Shown here one piece after another: positions 56,833 through 64,000 of a stretch of 64,000 bases of DNA. Each line of letters starts with the position of its first letter. The stretch's first letter is position 1. The notes beneath the pieces are model-generated. The model saw nothing but the letters and a program-made list of their open reading frames with translations, ran no database searches and was not told the DNA's origin. This DNA comes from the human T2T-CHM13v2.0 reference genome, Homo sapiens. The translations under genes and the position numbers were made by a program. The DNA lies in the NCBI RefSeq assembly GCF_009914755.1, contig NC_060948.1. The stretch is one strand, 5' to 3'.

Positions 56833-59800
56833 GGAATCGAACCACAAGGAATGGACAGGAATAGAATGGTCTCGAATTGAATGGAATCGTATGGAATGGC
56901 ATCAAACGGAATGGAATGGACAGCCACGGAATGGAATGCACTCGAATGCAATGGAGTCGAAACTAATGGACTGGAATAGAATGGACTCGACTGGTACGGA
57001 CTCCAATGGAATGGAATCGAATGGAAGGGAATCGAACGGAATGGACTCGAAGGGAAAAGACTGCAATGGAAAGGTCTCGAATGGAATGGAAATTAATGGA
57101 ATGGAATGGAATCGAATGAAATGGAGTCAAAAGGAATGGAATCGAATGGCAAGAAATCGAATGTAATGGAATCGCAAGGAATTGATGTGAACGGAACGGA
57201 ATGGAATGGAATCCAAAGGAATGGAATAGAATGGAATGGAATCGAATGCAAAGGACTCGAATGGAAATCACTCGAATAGAATGCAATTTAATAAAATAGG
57301 ATCAAATGTAATGGAATGGAATGGAAAGGAATCGAAACGAAAGGAATGGAGACAGATGGAATGGAATGGAACAGAGAGCAATGGTATAGAATGGAATGGA
57401 ATCATCTAGAATGTAATTGAATGGAATGGAATAATATGAAATGTAATGGAATGGAATGGAATGCCCTTGAATTAAATGGACTGGAATGGAATGGACTTGA
57501 ACAGAGTGGAATGGAAAGTGTTGAGATAGAATGGAATGGACTCCTTTGGAATGGTGTAGTATGCAATGCAATCGACTGGCAGGGAATCAAAAGCAATGTA
57601 ATCGAATGGATTGGACTGGAATGCAATGGACTCGAATAGATTGGAAACGGAATGCAAAGGAATGGAATGGAATAGTATGGAATGGAATGGAAAGGAATGG
57701 AGTGGAATAGACTAGAGTGGAATGGAATGGACTGGAAAGCAATGGACTGGAATGGAACTTTCTTGAATGGACTGGAACCAAACGGAATGGAATGCAATGC
57801 AATCAAATGGCATGCAATAAGATAGAATGAAAGAGAATCAAATGGAATTGAATAGAATGGAATCGAATGGATTGGAAAGGAATAGAATGGAATGGAATGG
57901 AATTGACTCAAATGGAATGGACTAGAATGGAATGGATTCGAATGGAAGGCAAAGGAATGGAATCTATTGGAATGGACTGTAATGGAATGCAATGGAAGGG
58001 ATTGGAATGGACTCGAATGGAATGGACTGCAATAGAAAGGATTCGAATGGAATGAAAAAGAATTGAATGGAATAGAACAGAATGGAATCAAATCGAATGA
58101 AATGGAATGGAATAGAAAGGAATGGAATGAAATGGAATGGAAAGGATTCGAATGGAATGCAATCGAATGGAATGGAATCGAACGGAATGGAATAAAATGG
58201 AAGAAAACTGGCAAGAAATGGAATCGAAATGAATGGAGTGTTATGGAACGGACTCAAAAGGAATTGAATGTAACAGAATGGAGTGGAGTGGACTCGAATA
58301 TAATGGACTGGAATGGAATGAAATCACATGGAATGGGAACGAATGGAATGGAATGGAAAGGAATGGAATCGAATGGAAAGGAATCGAATGGAAGGGAATG
58401 AAATTGAATCAACAGGAATGGAAGGGAATAGAATAGACGGTAATGGAATGGACTCGAATAGAATGGACAGGAATGCTCAAATTGAATGGACTCGAATGGA
58501 ATGGAAACGAAAGGAATGTCATCGAATGGAATTGAATCGATTGGAATGAAATCGCATAGAATGGAGTGGAATCAAATGGAATTGAATCGAAAGGAAAGGA
58601 AGCGAATGGACTGAAATGAAATGGAATGGAATTGAATGGAAAGTAATGCAATGGAATAGAATGGAACGAAATTTCACGGAATGGAATCAAACTGAATGGA
58701 ATCAAATCAATGGAATCAAATCAAATGGAATGGAAAGGAATTGAATGGAGTAGATTGGATTGGATGGGATTGGAATGAAATGTACTGGAAAGGACTCGAA
58801 TTTCATGAAACGGAATGGAATGAATTGGAACGGAATGGACTCGAATGGAATGGAATGTCATGGAATGGCATCAAATGGAATGGCATCAAATGGAATGGAA
58901 TCGAATGCAATGGAATGCTATGGAATGGAATGGAATGCATTGGAATGGAATGTCCTCTAATGGAATGGATTCGAGTGGAATGGAATCGAATATAATGGAG
59001 TCGAATGAAATGGAATTGAAAGGAATGGGATCGAATACAATGGAATATACTGGAATGTAATGTAATGAACTCGAATGTAATTGACTGGAATGGAATGTAC
59101 ATGAATGGAATGTAATCGAATGGAAAGTAATCCAATGGAATAGAATCTAATGCAATAAAATCGACTCAGATAGAGTAGAATGTAATGGAATGGAGTGCAG
59201 TGCAATGGAATGGAATGGAATGGAATGCAATGGAATGGAATGGAATGGAATGGAATGGAATGGAATGGGATGGAATGGTATGGAATGGATAGTAATGGAC
59301 TGGAGTGAAATGGACTGGAAAGGAATGGACTCAAATTGAAAGGGCTCGAAAGGAATGGAGTCAAATGGAATGGTCTGGAATGGAATGAACACGAATGTAA
59401 TGCAATCCAATAGAATGGAATCGAATGGCATGGAATATAAAGAAATGGAATCGAAGAGAATGGAAACAAATGGAATGGAATTGAATGGAATGGAATTGAA
59501 TGGAATGGGAACGAATGGAGTGAAATTGTATGCAGTAGAAGGGAATAGAATGGAATGCAAGCGAAAGGAAAGAATGGATTGGAATGGAATGGAATTCATT
59601 GGAATGGAAGGGAATGTAGTGTAATGGATAGGCCTGGAATAAAGTGGAATGCTACGGTCTCGAATGGAATAAAAATGTATGGAATGGAATGCAATGAAAC
59701 GGAATCGAATGTCATAGAATGTAATGGAATGCAAAAAAATGGAATCCAAAATCATTGACTGGAAAGGCTGGGTGTCGAAAGGAATTGACTCCAATGGAAT

Positions 59801-60390
59801 GGAATCGAATGGAATGGAAGTGAATAGAATCGAACTAAATCGAATGGAATGGAATTGATAGGAACGGAATGGAAAGGAATGCAATGATTTGGCATGGAAT
59901 GGAATCGAATGGCATCGAATGGAATGGAATGGAATGCAATGGAATGGAATGTATTAGAATGTAATGAACATTAATGGAATGTACTCGAATGGATTCGACT
60001 GGAATGGAATGTTCTGGAAGTGAATGGACTCCAATGGAATGGATTCGAAAGGAATGGAATCGAACAGAATGGAATCTAATGGAATGGAATTAAATGGAAA
60101 TGAATCAAATTGAATAGCACGGAATTGAATTGAATTGAATGGAATCGAATGCAATGGAATCTAATGAAACGGAAAGGAAAGGAATGGAATGGAATGGAAT
60201 GGGCTGGAATGGAAAGGAATCGAAACGAATGGAATGGAATCGAACTGAAGAGACTGGAATGGAATGCACTGGAATGGAAGGGAGTGTAATGGAAGGTTCT
60301 CGAAAATAGAGGAATCGAATGGAATGGAATTGAATGGAAAGGAATAGAGTCGAATGGAATTGAATGGAATGGAATGGACTAGAGTGAAAT
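56833..60390 (+). repeat. DYZ1 unit 17 (3558 bp)
   Basis: Landmark spacing; many private substitutions and a 1-bp deletion near 59571. Confidence 0.93.
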
Positions 60391-63300
60391 GGAATCGAAC
60401 CACAAGGAATGGACAGGAATAGAATGGTCTCGAATTGAATGGAATCGTATGGAATGGCATCAAACGGAATGGAATGGACAGCCACGGAATGGAATGCACT
60501 CGAATGCAATGGAGTCGAAACTTATGGACTGGAATAGAATGGACTCGACTGGTACGGACTCCAATGGAATGGAATCGAATGGAAGGGATTCGAACGGAAT
60601 GGACTCGAAGGGAAAAGACTGCAATGGAAAGGTCTCGAATGGAATGGAAATTAATGGAATGGAATGGAATCGAATGAAATGGAGTCAAAAGGAATGGAAT
60701 CGAATGGCAAGAAATCGAATGTAATGGAATCGCAAGGAATTGATGTGAACGGAACGGAATGGAATGGAATCCAAAGGAATGGAATAGAATGGAATGGAAT
60801 CGAATGGAAAGGACTCGAATGGAAATCACTCGAATGGAATGAAATTTAATAAAATAGGATCAAATGTAATTGAATGGAATGGAAAGGAATCGAAACGAAA
60901 GGAATGGAGACAGATGGAATGGAATGGAACAGAGAGCAATGGTATAGAATGGAATGGAATCATCTGGAATGGAATTGAATGGAATGGAATAATATGAAAT
61001 GGAATGGAATGGAATGGAATGGAATGCCCTTGAATTAAATGGACTGGAATGGAATGGACTCGGACAGAGTGGAATGGAAAGTGTGGAGATAGAATGGAAT
61101 GGACTCCTTTGGAATGGTGTAGTATGCAATGCAATCGACTGGCAGGGAATCAAAAGGAATGTAATCGAATGGATTGGACTGGAATGCAATGGACTCGAAT
61201 AGATTGGAAACGGAATGCAAAGGAATGGAATGGAATAGTATGGAATGGAATGGAAAGGAATGGAGTGGAATAGACTAGAGTGGAATGGAATGGACTGGAA
61301 AGAAATGGACTGGAATGGAACTTTCTTGAATGGACTGGAATCAAACGGAATGGAATGCAATGCAATCAAATGGCATGGAATAAAATAGAATGAAAGAGAA
61401 TCAAATGGAATTGAATCGAATGGAATCGAATGGATTGGAAAGGAATAGAATGGAATGGAATGGAATTGACTCAAATGGAATGGACTAGAATGGAATGGAT
61501 TCGAATGGAAGGCAAAGGAATGGAATCTATTGGAATGGACTGTAATGGAATGGAATGGAAGGGATTGGAATGGACTCGAATGGAATGGACTGCAATAGAA
61601 AGGATTCGAATGGAATGAAAAAGAATTGAATGGAATAGAACAGAATGGAATCAAATCGAATGAAATGGAATGGAATAGAAAGGAATGGAATGAAATGGAA
61701 TGGAAAGGATTCGAATGGAATGCAATCGAATGGAATGGAATCGAACGGAATGGAATAAAATGGAAGAAAACTGGCAAGAAATGGAATCGAAATGAATGGA
61801 GTGTTATGGAACGGACTCAAAAGGAATTGAATGTAATAGAATGGAGTGGAGTGGACTCGAATATAATGGACTGGAATGGAATGAAATCACATGGAATGGG
61901 AACGAATGGAATGGAATGGAAAGGAATGGAATCGAATGGAAAGGAATCGAATGGAAGGGAATGAAATTGAATCAACAGGAATGGAAGGGAATAGAATAGA
62001 CGGTAATGGAATGGACTCGAATAGAATGGACACGAATGCTCAAATTGAATGGACTCGAATGGAATGGAAACGAAAGGAATGTCATCGAATGGAATTGAAT
62101 GGATTGGAATGAAATCGCATAGAATGGAGTGGAATCAAATGGAATTGAATCGAAAGGAAAGGAAGCGAATGGACTGAAATGAAATGGAATGGAATTGAAT
62201 GGAAAGTAATGCAATGGAATAGAATGGAACGAAATTTCACGGAATGGAATCAAACTGAATGGAATCAAATCAATGGAATCAAATCAAATGGAATGGAAAG
62301 GAATTGAATGGAGTAGATTGGATTGGATGGGATTGGAATGAAATGTACTGGAAAGGACTCGAATTTCATGAAACGGAATGGAATGAATTGGAACGGAATG
62401 GACTCGAATGGAATGGAATGTCATGGAATGGCATCAAATGGAATGGCATCAAATGGAATGGAATCGAATGCAATGGAATGCTATGGAATGGAATGGAATG
62501 CATTGGAATGGAATGTCCTCTAATGGAATGGATTCGAGTGGAATGGAATCGAATATAATGGAGTCGAATGAAATGGAATTGAAAGGAATGGGATCGAATA
62601 CAATGGAATATACTGGAATGTAATGTAATGAACTCGAATGTAATTGACTGGAATGGAATGTACATGAATGGAATGTAATCCAATGGAAAGTAATCCAATG
62701 GAATACAATCTAATGCAATAAAATCGACTCAGATAGAGTAGAATGTAATGGAATGGAGTGCAGTGCAATGGAATGGAATGGAATGGAATGCAATGGAATG
62801 GAATGGAATGGAATGGAATGGAATGGAATGGAATGGAATGGAATGGGATGGAATGGTATGGAATGGATAGTAATGGACTGGAGTGAAATGGACTGGAAAG
62901 GAATGGACTCAAATTGAAAGGGCTCGAAAGGAATGGAGTCAAATGGAATGGTCTGGAATGGAATGAACACGAAAGTAATGCAATCCAATAGAATGGAATC
63001 GAATGGCATGGAATATAAAGAAATGGAATCGAAGAGAATGGAAACAAATGGAATGGAATTGAATGGAATGGAATTGAATGGAATGGGAACGAATGGAGTG
63101 AAATTGTATGCAGTAGAAGGGAATAGAATGGAATGCAAGCGAAAGGAAAGGAATGGATTGGAATGGAATGGAATTCATTGGAATGGAAGGGAATGTAGTG
63201 TAATGGACAGGCCTGGAATAAAGTGGAATGCTACGGTCTCGAATGGAATAAAAATGTATGGAATGGAATGCAATGAAACGGAATCGAATGTCATAGAATG

Positions 63301-63969
63301 TAATGGAATGCAAAAAAATGGAATCCAAAATCATTGACTGGAAAGGCTGGGTGTCGAAAGGAATTGACTCCAATGGAATGGAATCGAATGGAATGGAAGT
63401 GAATAGAATCGAACTAAATCGAATGGAATGGAATTGATAGGAACGGAATGGAAAGGAATGCAATGATTTGGCATGGAATGGAATCGAATGGCATCGAATG
63501 GAATGGAATGGAATGCAATGGAATGGAATGTATTAGAATGTAATGAACTTTAATGGAATGTACTCGAATGGATTCGACTGGAATGGAATGTTCTGGAAGT
63601 GAATGGACTCCAATGGAATGGATTCAAAAGGAATGGAATCGTACGGAATGGAATCTAATGGAATGGAATTAAATGGAAATGAATCAAATTGAATAGCACG
63701 GAATTGAATTGAATGGAATGGAATGCAATGGAATCTAATGAAACGGAAAGGAATGGAATGGAATGGAATGGAATGGAATGGGCTGGAATGGAAAGGAATC
63801 GAAACGAATGGAATGGAATCGAACTGAAGAGACTGGAATGGAATGCACTGGAATGGAAGGGAGTGTAATGGAAGGTTCTCGAAAAAAATGGAATCGAATG
63901 GAATGGAATTGAATGGAACGGAATAGAGTCGAATGGAATTGAATGGAATGGAATGGACTAGAGTGAAAT
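60391..63969 (+). repeat. DYZ1 unit 18 (3579 bp, longest)
   Basis: Landmark spacing; +10 bp in the central tract and +5 bp near 63760. Confidence 0.93.
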
Positions 63970-64000
63970 GGAATCGAACCACAAGGAATGGACAGGAATA

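Larger units (their letters stand above)
1..64000 (+). repeat. DYZ1: DYZ1 / Human Satellite 3 (HSat3) tandem array, Yq12 heterochromatin; (GGAAT)n-derived, ~3.56 kb unit
   Basis: Degenerate GGAAT pentamers fill the window. The landmark GGAATCGAACCACAAGG recurs at 1, 3564, 7118, 10672, 14231, 17785, 21314, 24887, 28440, 31999, 35558, 39125, 42674, 46241, 49765, 53284, 56833, 60391 and 63970. One GAATTC and one GGCC were seen per unit, as expected for the 3.4-3.6 kb EcoRI/HaeIII DYZ1 fragment. Confidence 0.97.

Noticed and set aside
59-63982. Hundreds of ORFs (MEWNG-rich on +, FHSIP-rich on -, up to 313 aa)
   Set aside because: They are direct translations of (GGAAT)n and (ATTCC)n, which contain no stop codon when pure. 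They overlap in all frames, are disrupted by frameshifts between units and show no recognisable domain.
1-64000. CRISPR-like repeat/spacer array or prokaryotic defence system
   Set aside because: There are no unique spacers and no cas or other genes; the variable segments recur every ~3.56 kb.
1-64000. DYZ2 (Alu/AT-rich HSat1B) blocks, transposon insertions or inversions
   Set aside because: No non-GGAAT sequence or strand switch was seen anywhere, and unit spacing leaves no room for an insertion.
1-64000. HSat2, chromosome 9 HSat3, alpha satellite or telomeric repeat
   Set aside because: The window lacks a dominant HSat2 CATTCGATTC-type longer motif, 171-bp monomers and TTAGGG. The 3.56-kb period and diagnostic segment fit DYZ1.

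Overview
The whole 64 kb window is one uninterrupted, single-orientation satellite array built on degenerate (GGAAT)n pentamers. It contains 18 complete head-to-tail units of 3519-3579 bp plus the first 31 bp of a 19th. The unit length (ancestral form 3564 bp), the single EcoRI and HaeIII/StuI site per unit and exact matches to the classical Y-sexing primer sites identify it as human DYZ1 (Human Satellite 3) from Yq12 heterochromatin. I find no genes, RNA genes, transposons, CRISPR arrays, inversions or DYZ2 blocks, and all listed ORFs are artefacts of translating the pentamer. Structure does exist within the array: three perfect heat-shock elements (nGAAnnTTCnnGAAn) conserved in every unit, a ~7.1 kb two-unit higher-order duplication, local subfamilies of units, mosaic units, recurrent 15-bp deletions, a length-variable pure GGAAT tract and two clusters of GGA>GCA changes. 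All comparisons were made by eye and from ORF-track offsets, so variant lists may be incomplete.
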